DNA of 64,000 nucleotides, from the NCBI GenBank assembly GCA_003427395.1, contig BFEA01000025.1, positions 5,118,435 to 5,182,434 on the forward strand, written 5' to 3'. The translations under genes were made by a program, and so were the position numbers. Positions 50,280 to 61,669 of this stretch are shown one piece after another. The stretch comes from Chara braunii. Its lineage: Eukaryota > Plantae > Charophyceae. The notes under the pieces were generated by a model. It did no database searches and had not been told where the DNA came from. It was given only the letters and a program-made list of their open reading frames with translations. Within the stretch, counting starts at the first letter, position 1, and each line of letters begins with the position of its first letter.

Positions 50280-51909
50280 TGTCGAGCGCATCGGTCCCAC
50301 GCCGCGCATGGCGGGACCCTCCCAGCCACGTCACGCAAGAGGTGGTCTAATCCTCGTCACGATACACATGGCGCTTCCTTAAGCCGCTCCGCCCGAGTGC
50401 GCCAACCATACCTCTCGCGAACCCCTACGACAGGATCGGGCCAACGCGAGGCACGACTTACCTTCACCTGCGGGAGCTATCACCTCCCTTCGGTGGGCTT
50501 ATCCCCACTGAGCTACCAGTCCACAGTATGAAAGCTAATCAATTGCAGTCACAAAGGTGGACCAGCCGAGGGCGTTTCTCGTTCGCTGTAGCATAAGGGT
50601 TACGCGCGGTCTTACTCCTCTATCGAACTCGCACGAGATTCAACGCACTGAGGGCTGAAGTCCCAAGCATGATTCGCCATCGGTCGACTAGGATGCACCC
50701 CACATACTACGCGTACACTACATCACCCACACTTATAGAACGACACAAAACAAACAATACAACAACATTCCTAGTCCCTTTTGTATCCAACCCATAACTT
50801 TCCGACGCGGAAAATCGGATACGCAACGCACGCGAAACTTAATAGAAAACCACGCGGGCGCAAAGTCTTCCCATATCGACTAGCAATGCATGAATACGCA
50901 TGCAGTCGCAGTGATTGTGTACTATGTAGTGCCCATAATCAACCAGTCCCTTCGTGAATCCGAATGTCGCTTATGACACTCAAGTGTCAGTCTTGAAGTA
51001 TCGTGAGGGTCGACCAGTCGTTCGGCCCCCGTGACACCTTCGACCCTTAGGCTGAGTGTCCTGGTGGGCAAGGCAGATAGGCTTTGCGTGGGGGGTGATC
51101 CCTTCCACGCAGAGTCTTGGACCTGAGATGTCCTGGACAAGGACCTCGAATCCAGGCCCAGGACCAACGTCCGACTACTGAGAAACTTTTAAGAAACAAA
51201 ATGGTAAAAGAAGGGATTATCCTTTCCTTTCTCAATCTCAACCCCAATATGTGACGATCACTTCTCACAATCACAGTGAGACTCCTCTCAGCCATATATA
51301 TGTATGTGATCGCAGGCAGTCAATTCCAAAATTCGAATCACAAAACATACATGCAATCACATCAAAGAATCAAGCAAACGTCCACACACTACACGGGGTC
51401 AACTTCAACCATTCTCTATATTCAGACCCCTTGCTTTAGTCATGCAAACCCCAACCTTTGTGCAACCTTCCAAAATAAATATTCAATAGCTTTGTTAAAT
51501 GACCATTAAATAAAAATCCGGGCGAAAAACTTAATAAAACAATAAAAATCATCAGGGTTAAAACCTTTTAGGTTGGTTAATAAGAATGAACTGGAGTTGA
51601 GTCGTAGACCGATGAATCGGCAACCGAATTGTTATTAGTGATAACAGAAGATGATCCTATAAGGATCATATGCTGAAACTAGCCTAAAACCTGTAACACA
51701 AGACAGACCAATCCCCAAGCTAAATCTATAAGTCCATGGAGAGTAATATTCATATCACGATCTCACTCAAAATCGTCACAGTTAACCAAGCCATAGTCTA
51801 TATCTAAATAAGTACCCAAAGAAAGGTAAATCCTGGTAAAATTTCCTCTATATAGAGTGGATCGGCAGAATCGCCACCTGTCAAAATAAAATATATCTCC
51901 TTTAAACTA

Positions 51910-52440
51910 AAAAAAATCTCAGCAGCGCTTCCCGTAGGAAAAATATTTTTTCATAATTTATACTACCTCAAATATGAAAAACTTTCAACTCTAGAAAATC
52001 AAATTTTGTTGAACTCCCCGAATCAGCATAAATTTTGGCAGCACTCCCTTTTGAATAGGAAACTTTCTACATTTTTACTAAGTCAGATATGAACTCAAAC
52101 ATAAGACTTGAGTTCTATTAGACAAAATTTATTAATTCCTTAGATTTTTAAAAATTTCGGCAGCGCTTTCCGTAGGGAAATTAACTTTTCAAAATTTATA
52201 TAAAGCTAATTCCAAAATCTAAAAATAACTTCCCAAAGTCCAATTTTTGTCTAACTCTCTGAATTAGCAAAAATTTGGGCAGCATTCCTTTTAGAAAAAA
52301 AAAAACTTCCCAGATTTTGATTAAGCCATATATAAAATTTAGACAAGCCGAACTTTGAAAAAGTTAAGATTTGATTAACTCTCTGGTTTCGTAGAAATTT
52401 CGGTAGCGCTTCCCGTAGAGAAACTGACTTGCCAAAATTT
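51910..52440. repeat. ~120-bp tandem units inside the insertion
   Basis: aaatttcggcagcgcttcccgtag-like anchor five times at ~120-bp spacing. Confidence 0.8.
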
Positions 52441-55400
52441 ATACAAGACCAAGTATAATAAAGGATCCAAAAAAATACAGAAATTGACCTAAGTAAAATA
52501 AACTTAGCTAAAAAAATCCGAAAATTGAAACTAACTACTATAGCTCTAGCACGTGGCAAACATCTAAAACAACTACCTATCAAACTGAAACTCATACTAA
52601 GTAGTGATCTCACTTAGCCACATGCAGGCCAAACCACAAAGGTAAGTACTCTCACCAACCCAATGTCAACTTGATCAATAATAGTTCGTAATCTTTCAAT
52701 GATTTATCTCTTATACCCAACTCACATAAGACGTAAAGTTAGACCACCCAATCTTATGAGAACCTGTCTAGCTCAGGCATAAAGTATACACAAACACAGG
52801 GCACTACAACTTTTTTCTTCTTTAGGCATACGACTAGGCTATCCATCTTAGTCGCCCTGAACTGTTTAAGTATCCAAGTTATATATAATTGTCTGCACTT
52901 AATCTTTTAAGGTAACGTATGACTGAATCGATCATATTAGATCAAGGTTCAACTTGTCCCTTCTTACCTCAAGTTTATTCTTAATTTATACTCTCTTCAA
53001 TTAACGATAAGCTATAGTCAGACCATCCAATCTTATGGAAAAATGTATGACTAGCTTGTTCATAGTTAAAATAGTATAGAAACATAAACAAGTTTACCCC
53101 TTTGGTTCCAGCATGTGTGTGGCTCCAGACTAGACTACCCAATCTTATAGGAACCTATCCAGTCCTTTGCTTGAATTCCCCCTCATAATAAAACAAGAGA
53201 GAGTCAAGGACATCCAATCTTATGGAACATGCCCAACTCTCTTTCAGAAACTAATAAAACATTAAAAAAAAAAAAAAAGGCAACCAAGCTATCCAATCTT
53301 ATAGAAAAATGCTTGGTCCCTGAAAGTCAAACATAGGCAGCCCTCACAAGTCAAAGCAACCAGACCACCCAATCTTATGGGAACCTGACTGATCCGTCAG
53401 ATAATCGAAAATAAACATAGCACTAGGCCCTCCAATCTTATGGAGACTCTCCCAGCCTTTGGTTGACCCAGTCAGACATAAGCAATACAACCTTCCTCCC
53501 ACCTTTCCCCCAGATGCAACCCCCTTTTCACAATATGCTTTCAGTAAAAAAACAAAACTGAAACTGAACTTGCACAAATATTATATTTTATTAAGTCTGT
53601 TTTGTCTTGAAAGTCAAACATAAAGTCAAAGTAGGGATGCATGCAATATACTCAGTCAAACATAGCAAGAAATATAGATAAGGGTGATAACTGGGTTTAT
53701 AGAGGGAAAACAATAGTTACCTTTCAGTTCCCTGCCTCCAAAAATCCTCCTGAGTTTTGACAGAGCTTCCGCAATCGGTGGGTGGACACCCCACAGAGTC
53801 TTGATATGGTCCTACGGGTTGTAATCCCGCCTGTCGCCTTCCTCTCGTAACTATGATTAAACTTAGATTAAGAAAAATAGAATGAGAGGTTTCAAATGCT
53901 CGAGATACAAGAGAGGGATTAACTCTACTCTCAGGAGAGGGTCTCGATACCATCACTCGCATAAGGGTCCCGCAATGATGGTAAAAAATGCACAACAACT
54001 CTATCAAACCAATGTCAATCTTCAACAGTCAACTCCTTGACGACTGCCTCAATCTCAGCAACAATCCACCTCTCTCAAAATTTCAGATTATCATGCAAAA
54101 GTTTGAGGTATGTCCTGCCACGGCCATAACTCAAGTCATGGGGCTAATGGCACAAAATACAGCCTCTCCCTCCTTCGTAGTAAATCCACTGTGTGGTGAG
54201 GCTAGCTACGTAAGTGTAGTATGTCAACCGAGGGGCAAACTTGTACTCCACACCTACCCTTCGGCTGCTCCGGCTAGTGGGATGGGTGACCCATAGTCTG
54301 GCAGATAGGATCTGCAACCTCCCAGCTCACTCTTCACTTCTTTGATTTGGCGAGATGGGCACGGCCTCGGCCAGCTAAGCATACAGCCAGTAGTTCCCTT
54401 CCTTGTTGCTTAAAACGGTGAATGGGTCAGCGTAGCGGCCCACAAACAACAGTTTTTTTTCCGGCCAGATCGATAGAACCCCTTTTCCTGTGGTCCACTT
54501 GTTGCTGCCGTCTTTGCCCAAACAGTTGTGTGTTTGACAGATAGGCGAGCTCACTTTCTCACTCTATCGACTGCAAACAACCAAACTTTTGTTCAGACGG
54601 CCGCAAACAGTCTGTCCCCCATGAATACCAAGTTACAAATAAACCTTTTGCAACAACCGAAGAGATACATCCTCGAGCCAACTCATAGTGAACCTCCGCC
54701 GACTTACAGCCAGGTGCATCTTATAGGATGTGGTACGCACTTTGGCCAACAGGTAAGGTCTCCAACCTCACGGCCCCTCACTCGCTGCCTCACCCGACAG
54801 GGCATACTCTATCCGAGTGGATCTTCCGCCAGAACATGGGGATGTTCACTGTCGACTCGATATTGCGTACGGCTTCAGTTGGTCAGGTAAGCCTGACCTT
54901 CCATCCTCACCTCTCATAGCTCTCTCTCATTCGCTTTCCCCCTCTCTCTCTGTGTGACATTCAAGCCCGCCCGTCTGCTCATTGCCTGCCCGGTATTGCC
55001 TTGGTCGAACCTTTCGGTAGAATATGGCCAGGTGCATCCTTCCTGAATGAATCTGACCATCCACAAAGCGGAGGGCGGTATAAGGACAACAAGACAGTTA
55101 GCTACGAGCGGGAAGAAAAACTCACGATGGCATACTAAAAGAGAAAATCGCCCCGCCCCATCACGTATTACTCAAACAAAAATGAATCTTCCCCTACACC
55201 GTGGGAAAATACATTTACAAATCCACAAAAATACCTTGAAGGGTTTCCTTCCCAACGCAACGCTCGCTGTACGTAGCAAAAACAAAACCGCCCATTAGTT
55301 TTAATATCCGAGCTCGACATCCCTTTCGGCGCTACGTCAACATCCCGAGACGAGCCTTCACTCGCTTGCTTCCATCCAGGAACGAGCAAGCTATTCGATC

Positions 55401-55764
55401 TTCATCCTCTCCATCCCCGCTTCTTCCCGACACTTACCGTGCAGCTCCACCTCCATAGCCACTGAACTAACAATATATTGTGACAACTGACCTTACCAAT
55501 CGACTCGCCATAACTGAGAGCCTCGGATTCGAGTCCTCCCATGCCCAAATCTAACGAAGAATGAGTGAGACCCGAGCGTTCTACCTCTCCCTCCCTTCTT
55601 CTTCGCCTTAACTTAGCGCACAACCTTTTCTTTCTATCTCCGTCCCTACAAATTCCTTACTAAAAACTAATTTCAGATTTGGCCTCACCCTCCTCGAATA
55701 CCCCGGCCTCAACTCTTACCTCGTTTGATTCCATCAAGAACTCCGCCTTGAGCTGCGCATTGTC

Positions 55765-56098
55765 TCAAGCACCACAGAGAGGAACTCGACCGGTATAGAC
55801 AGCAGCGTAAAGGCTACGGAGGGCGCAGTCCGCCCGGGAACTTGAACATATAACAACTCAATTGCGGGTCCTATCAGCCCAAGAAAAAGGAAGGATGACA
55901 CTCCTGCGCACTACCTATACTCGGCGGTCGTGGCTATCCCAACGCAAGCGACGAGTAGGAGGGCGCAGGCCTACTGCGGGACCTGCTACATAAGCCCAAA
56001 CGGGCCAGGTTCCGGAGCAGATCTTGGTGATAGTAGGCAAATACCCACACGAGAACCTTGAAGACCGACGCGGGGAAGGGACCCACGTAAACAGCCTT
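55765..56098 (+). pseudogene. Diverged LSU (25S/28S) rRNA fragment
   Basis: Colinear anchors agacagcag, taacaactca, acctatac, acgagtaggagggcgc, gcagatcttggtg, gagaaccttgaagaccga. Confidence 0.75.
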
Positions 56099-56240
56099 GC
56101 CCCCCGCCCTGGTTCCCTCCTAGTCCTCTGTAACAGGATACGGTTCACTATCTTCCGGCTCCCAATGGGCATGCTCACACTCAGGCTGTGGCACCGAGTG
56201 CGCGGGCCTGCTTCGTGAACTAGGTGAAGCGGTCTCCTCG

Positions 56241-56311
56241 CCCTTCTCGGCAGTAGCAACTATTATTCAAGCGAGAACTTTGAAGGTCGAAGTGGAGAAG
56301 GGTTCCATGTG
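56241..56311 (+). pseudogene. Second, less diverged LSU rRNA fragment from the same rRNA region
   Basis: agtagcaa...tattcaagcgagaactttgaaggtcgaagtggagaagggttccatgtga. Confidence 0.8.
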
Positions 56312-57383
56312 ATAATCCGTAGTCTGAGGTCTCCCACAGTACCTCTGGTCGCGCCCTACTTAGGCATAATTCCCCATTTTTCAGGCCCCAGCGGGCATCC
56401 TCACACTATATTCCCTCACAACAAATTGTAGCTGGCGGACAGTGCACTCGCAGAGGGTTTCCACCATTCAGGTTTATTTCACCTTATGGGCTCGGTCCAT
56501 AATTCCCGACGGGTGAGATAGAGAAGCTTTGCCAACATCTCGAGCACGCAGGAGTCCGAACGGGCCCGCCAACAAAAAGAGACGCATGCTCTCGGTCCTT
56601 GGCCGCCGTGTCGACCCTGAAGAGGTCAAAAATCTTATGCCACCCGACTAGCTCTACGGCCTGGTCAACGACTTCTAAGTCCGATGCTGCATTCGCTCAA
56701 GGAACGCCGAAGCATAAAAAAAAAATAATAACTTCAGTAAATAATAAAATATTTGGGAAATTTTAAACGTCGATAAATGACAGGCGGAACTACAAAACCA
56801 CCAGCACCGCCCCTTCCTTCTAATGACAAAACCAAGGGGGATGGCCCCGCCGGACCTTCAACCCCTCGGTTTCTTCATACCGCTCCAATACCCCTGCGCT
56901 GCCGCCGACTGGCTTCGATCCCTGAATCCCTCAGTTGAAAGTCACATACCGTAACCAATAGTGCTAGACCCAGCCTGGGTCTAGCGCTAACGGACACCTA
57001 AATAATCGAATATTGCGCGACTCGCGGGTCTACCAAAGCATTTTCAAAATTTTCATCGTTATCGATGTCGTTCTCCATACGTACGCACAAGTTAAAGGCA
57101 AACCCATCAATCAATCGAGACATAATCTTTTTAATCATAGTTTAATCAGAAATAAAAATTTGGCCCGCAATTACTCCGACCTCACCATCATCAGTAAGCA
57201 GCGAGATCACAGATGCCTTAAACCTGCGCGCTCACACACTCTCTACTCTAGTCAACCATTCAGTCAAATGTAAACCACAGACGCAGTCGCCTCGCGCGGT
57301 ATACTCAAACTTCAAACCAAATTTATTTTCTGTCGCTTACAAAAACCAAGGCGGATGCCCTTGTAAGGGTATTCGCACCGACA

Positions 57384-58195
57384 TCGGCGTTGTGGATTGT
57401 TTACTTATGCGATCATTCCGTTTTGTCGTTGTAACAAGGAGGACGTATTGGAGATTGAAAAATTCTTTATTTGTTTGTCGTGTCCTGCTCTGAATACTAG
57501 AGATAAGCCCATACATTCGAGGAGGTGTATACTTGGGCTCCGAGAAAGGATCCGGAGAAGGAAGGGATGTGGTGTTGAGACTGTTGATTCGTTAGGTTCC
57601 TCAGTTGGTGAGTATGGCTTTGCGTGTACGTTTAACGGTGAGAATGGTGAAAACTCCATGAGTCTTGTCCGGATTTTGAAGGGTTGTGTTGATAAGAAAG
57701 TTCGTTGCTTAACTATAAAGTATGCGGGTAGTAACAAATTGGTTGACGGATGGAAAGTCTTGAAGCGTTCGTTTGGAGTGAGTATGGTATATTCTATTTT
57801 TGGAGTGAGGGAGTTGCGTTATGTGGTGCACGAGAATGACTTAGGGGAGGTTTAACTTTGAGATTTGACCCTTTTATTCCATTTATGAGTCGATCTGTGA
57901 CTTTGAAAGTTCCATTGGTTGGCTTCTTGAAGAACCCTGGTAGTAAAGTAGATCTGAGATCTTGGGATTTTGATGGCTTGATTGCTGCCTTCACCGTTGT
58001 TCGCACTTTCAGCGAGAAACGCTCACGTTGTCGATTACGTTGTCTGTTGTCCAACTGTATTCTTGCGAGATTTTACATTCATGTTCTGAAAAGAATTGTA
58101 ATTCGTCTTGTGACGTCTGATGCGCGTCGCTACATACACTAAGGGAAGAAAGAGAGTTCTTTACGTAAAGAGAGAGAAATCGTGATGGAATACCA
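57384..58195 (+). pseudogene. 3' half of GIY-YIG and continuation of ORF2, truncated before any recognisable RT
   Basis: CGLFTYAIIPF...LEIEKFFICLSCPALNT (E...I...PxLN motif). Confidence 0.7.
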
Positions 58196-59029
58196 ACAAA
58201 AAAATTGTGGCAAATTTTATGACAGGATTATCACATGTGGGCCCCATTTATAAACCGTTGGAACTGTGTTAATAAACTGTTTGGCGGGGGAGGTNNNNNN
58301 NNNNNNNNNNNNNNNNNNNNNNNNNNNNNNNNNNNNNNNNNNNNNNNNNNNNNNNNNNNNNNNNNNNNNNNNNNNNNNNNNNNNNNNNNNNNNNNNNNNN
58401 NNNNNNNNNNNNNNNNNNNNNNNNNNNNNNNNNNNNNNNNNNNNNNNNNNNNNNNNNNNACACAAAAATTGTGGCAAATTTTATGACAGGATTATCACAT
58501 GTGGGCCCCATTTATAAACCGTTGGAACTGTGTTAATAAACTGTTTGGCGGGGGGGGTGTCATGTGGTCCACCAGAAGTGAAGGAATTCAACGTTGATCA
58601 CAGATGTCGTAAACAGAATATAGTGTTGAAAAGTTGTTGGAAATTTATTGACCAATTATTGAACATTGCACTTCTTGTTGGGGAAAAAAATCGAAATTGT
58701 TGTTCGTGTCGTACATTTGTGTGGTTTCTTCTCATCTGAGTGTCTGTGTGTGTTTGTGGCTGATGAGAGTGTGACAAAACAATGCACATCATTATGGCAA
58801 TACGAGGATCCGACTGGTCCGTTGTCATTATGGCAGGTCAAGGCACGTAAGGTTGTTGTACTTGTGGGGAGGTATGATAGAAACCCGACCTTGTCCTTAG
58901 AGATCGTGACCTTGCCATCAGAGGGAGGCAACAACGCAGTACATAAATTACAGAACCTTGGTCAACTTCTCCACTTTTTTGTCCAAGAGAAAGTTAACAA
59001 CACTACAGTCGTATTTTTCATCACCACTT

Positions 59030-59420
59030 CAAGACACCTTTCACCACTTCAGGATGCAGCCTGCCGAAACAAGTGGTTTTCGGGGTCTTCGGACCTTTCA
59101 CCACTTCATGACGATTCAGGTCTGAAAATCCTGAATGGTCCTGAAGTGGTTAAAGTTCCGAAGACCCTGAAAACCACATGTTTAGGCAGACTGCATCCTC
59201 GAGTGGTGAAGGGTGGTTTTCATGGTCTTCGGACCTTTCACCACTTCAAGACCATTCAGGATTTTCAGACTGCCAAAAACTCTCACTTGACCACTTCAGA
59301 ACACCCTTCAACACTTCAGGATGCAGCCTGCCTGAACAGGTGGTTTTCAGGGTCTTCGGACCTTTTACCACTTCAGAACTATTCAGGATTTTCAGACTGC
59401 CCCAAACTCTCACTTCAGAA
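59030..59420. repeat. Mixed inverted and direct repeat cluster; 59040-59210 folds into a long hairpin
   Basis: ttcaccacttcaggatgcagcctgcc...attcagg versus cctgaat...ggcagactgcatcctcgagtggtgaa, plus further direct copies. Confidence 0.85.
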
Positions 59421-60388
59421 TTTTCATTCCTGAATTTTCAGCTACCCGATAACTGCTTGTGTTTTCTCCTACTGCACGATACACTATGCTCTTTTACATT
59501 TGTCGATCTTTGAGTCTTCGTGTACTCCTGAGATGCAATAGATACTGAATGCGAGAGAGAATGTTTTGTTGACGATGGTCGAAGGGGGGGGGGGGGGGGG
59601 GGGGGGAGCAAGAGAGATAGAGGCGAGAGACAGGAAGAAGAAGGAAAAAATGTGGCATGTGCGGTTTGCTTTTGGTGGAAATGAACCAAATTTATGAAGT
59701 GGCACGCAGTAGCCAACGTTTCTTTTTTTCTCTTCTGGCTTGCGATAATTTATTCTACGGATGGACGCATGCGGAAGCCTCAAGAATATGGTTCGCTGCC
59801 CTGCTACAAGCAAGGTTCACTACTGCGTGACACAATTTCACAAACATGTCAGTCCAGAGAGAGAGAGAGTGACACGCAGTAGCCAACCTTTCTTCTTTCC
59901 TCTTCGGACTTGCGGCAATTCATTCTACGGAGAAACGCATGCCAGAGCCTGAAGAATATGGTTCACTGCCCTGCTACAAGCAGGGTTCACGACTGCGTGA
60001 CACAATTTCTCCAACGTATCAGTCCAAGAGAGAGAGTGACGCGCAGTAACCAACCTTGCACCGACGACAACCAATAAGATTTGCAGGCTGTGGGTGATGT
60101 TTGTCAACCAGATCTTTTCATGTTTTTGGTGTGCGTAGTTCTCTTTACGGTCACTGCGGCGAAGTTGTTGTAATGATCCTTATCTTTTCTTTGACGAACT
60201 ATTTCCATGTGCAAACTGTGAGGTCTTTATATATCATGGTGTTAACACATTACATAGTCGCCCACTCTTAAATAAGACAATGATTTGTACACAACGGATT
60301 GTACAATATTGTATTATAAATAACACAGCATATGCTGTACAATCATTGTTTGAGTATCGTACTTCACAGTCATTATCTCCGTTTGTAC

Positions 60389-60423
<35 letters not shown>

Positions 60424-61669
60424 CAACATGCAATGACAGTGACCTCATGCAACTCTTGCTGGCATATTTCGTTGTGAAGCTTCTGATTCACACCAGTGTC
60501 TCGCCCTCCCCTCCCCCGCCCACTGTTCAAGGTCTGGCACACAAACTTTCTCTATCCCTCTCCCCGTCTCTGCCCCTCTCACGGATTGGCGCAATGAACT
60601 CCAAGTCGAAATCGTCATCTGTTATCGTTATGTTATTTGACCCACTCCTCTGGACAAGAGAGACGGTTAACGGGGGCCCAAATATTTGTCGTTTTCGTTG
60701 GCAATTGCGGTGCAAATTTCATCGAAATTTTTAAAAACAAACGATATGAGACCATAGTGCAAACATAAAAAAAGGAAACAGGCAAAAAAAAACGAAAAAA
60801 AAAATTAAAAAATACTATGAAACCCTAACACAAAGACACTGTCCGAGTCAAAATGAAGCGTCCAACGAAGTCAACAAAATACCAACTTTTTCATTATTGA
60901 TCCAAACATGTCAAAACTGCACACATGACGTACCCTAAAGCACATATGTATCACACAAAAAGAAAAACAAGAAAAAAAGCAAAAAATCAGCACAATATGA
61001 TAATTTTAGTGCAATTCGGTGCAAAATTCGTCGAAAATAACACCCTTGGTTAACCACGTGTGCTGGACAGAAGGCATGCCAACTCGAAATAATGCAACGA
61101 CCTTATCAGAAGCAGATGCAGCGCGGTCCAGCTTGAAGATCGAAAAACTCATGACTGTGTCGCGGTTCCGGACAGATGAAGTGATATCCTGCTTTATACA
61201 TGTTAATTTTTGTATTTGGTCTGTCGCTCTACTGGTCTTTGCTGTCTGCTCGACTTCACATTTGAGAACCATTTCTGCAAAATTCAGTTGCTGCAGCGTC
61301 ACGCCAAGGTTCGTGCCGTCCCTTCTCATCTGAAAAACCTTTGTGAGTGTCGTCTTGAATGAAGGTGTGCCCCGAGTATCGTTACTGCTCCGTCTCTATG
61401 TTTTATCATCCTTCATTTGTGCTTGCATCTTGTTGTGAGTAGGGAGTTTGTGATCCATTTGTTGCGATCGGACAAGCTGGAGACCGTTTTCTGTCCAAAA
61501 CCAATGCTTTCGTTGCCATGTTATTTCTCCACGCACTATTGTCATCATCCTGTTGCACTGGAAGTAATCTGGGCAAATTGAGCATTGTTTCTAAGCTGAA
61601 TGGCTCAGTGCCCTGCCCATATTTTTATTTCTTTTGAAAACAAAGTCAGAAATGATTAAACTTTGAACA

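Larger units (their letters stand above)
50280..57383. mobile_element. 7.1-kb insertion with TGTCG...CGACA ends (solo-LTR-like) splitting the GIY-YIG domain
   Basis: Flanks gcgg/tcgg (imperfect 4-bp TSD); removing it restores the frame QWLR-RCGLFTY. Confidence 0.75.

Noticed and set aside
52741-53455. CRISPR-like repeat-spacer appearance
   Set aside because: Eukaryotic TE context, degenerate repeats, irregular spacing, no cas genes
55765-56311. Functional rDNA unit
   Set aside because: Short, diverged, duplicated fragments with no SSU, 5.8S or ITS context
58200-58555. Direct repeat flanking N-gap 58295-58459 (similarly 34820-35200 around gap 35031-35106)
   Set aside because: Near-identical sequence on both sides of a gap is typical of unmerged contig overlap
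61006-61560. Minus-strand coding-like fragment (107-aa ORF)
   Set aside because: Interrupted, no recognisable domain, embedded in the TE nest
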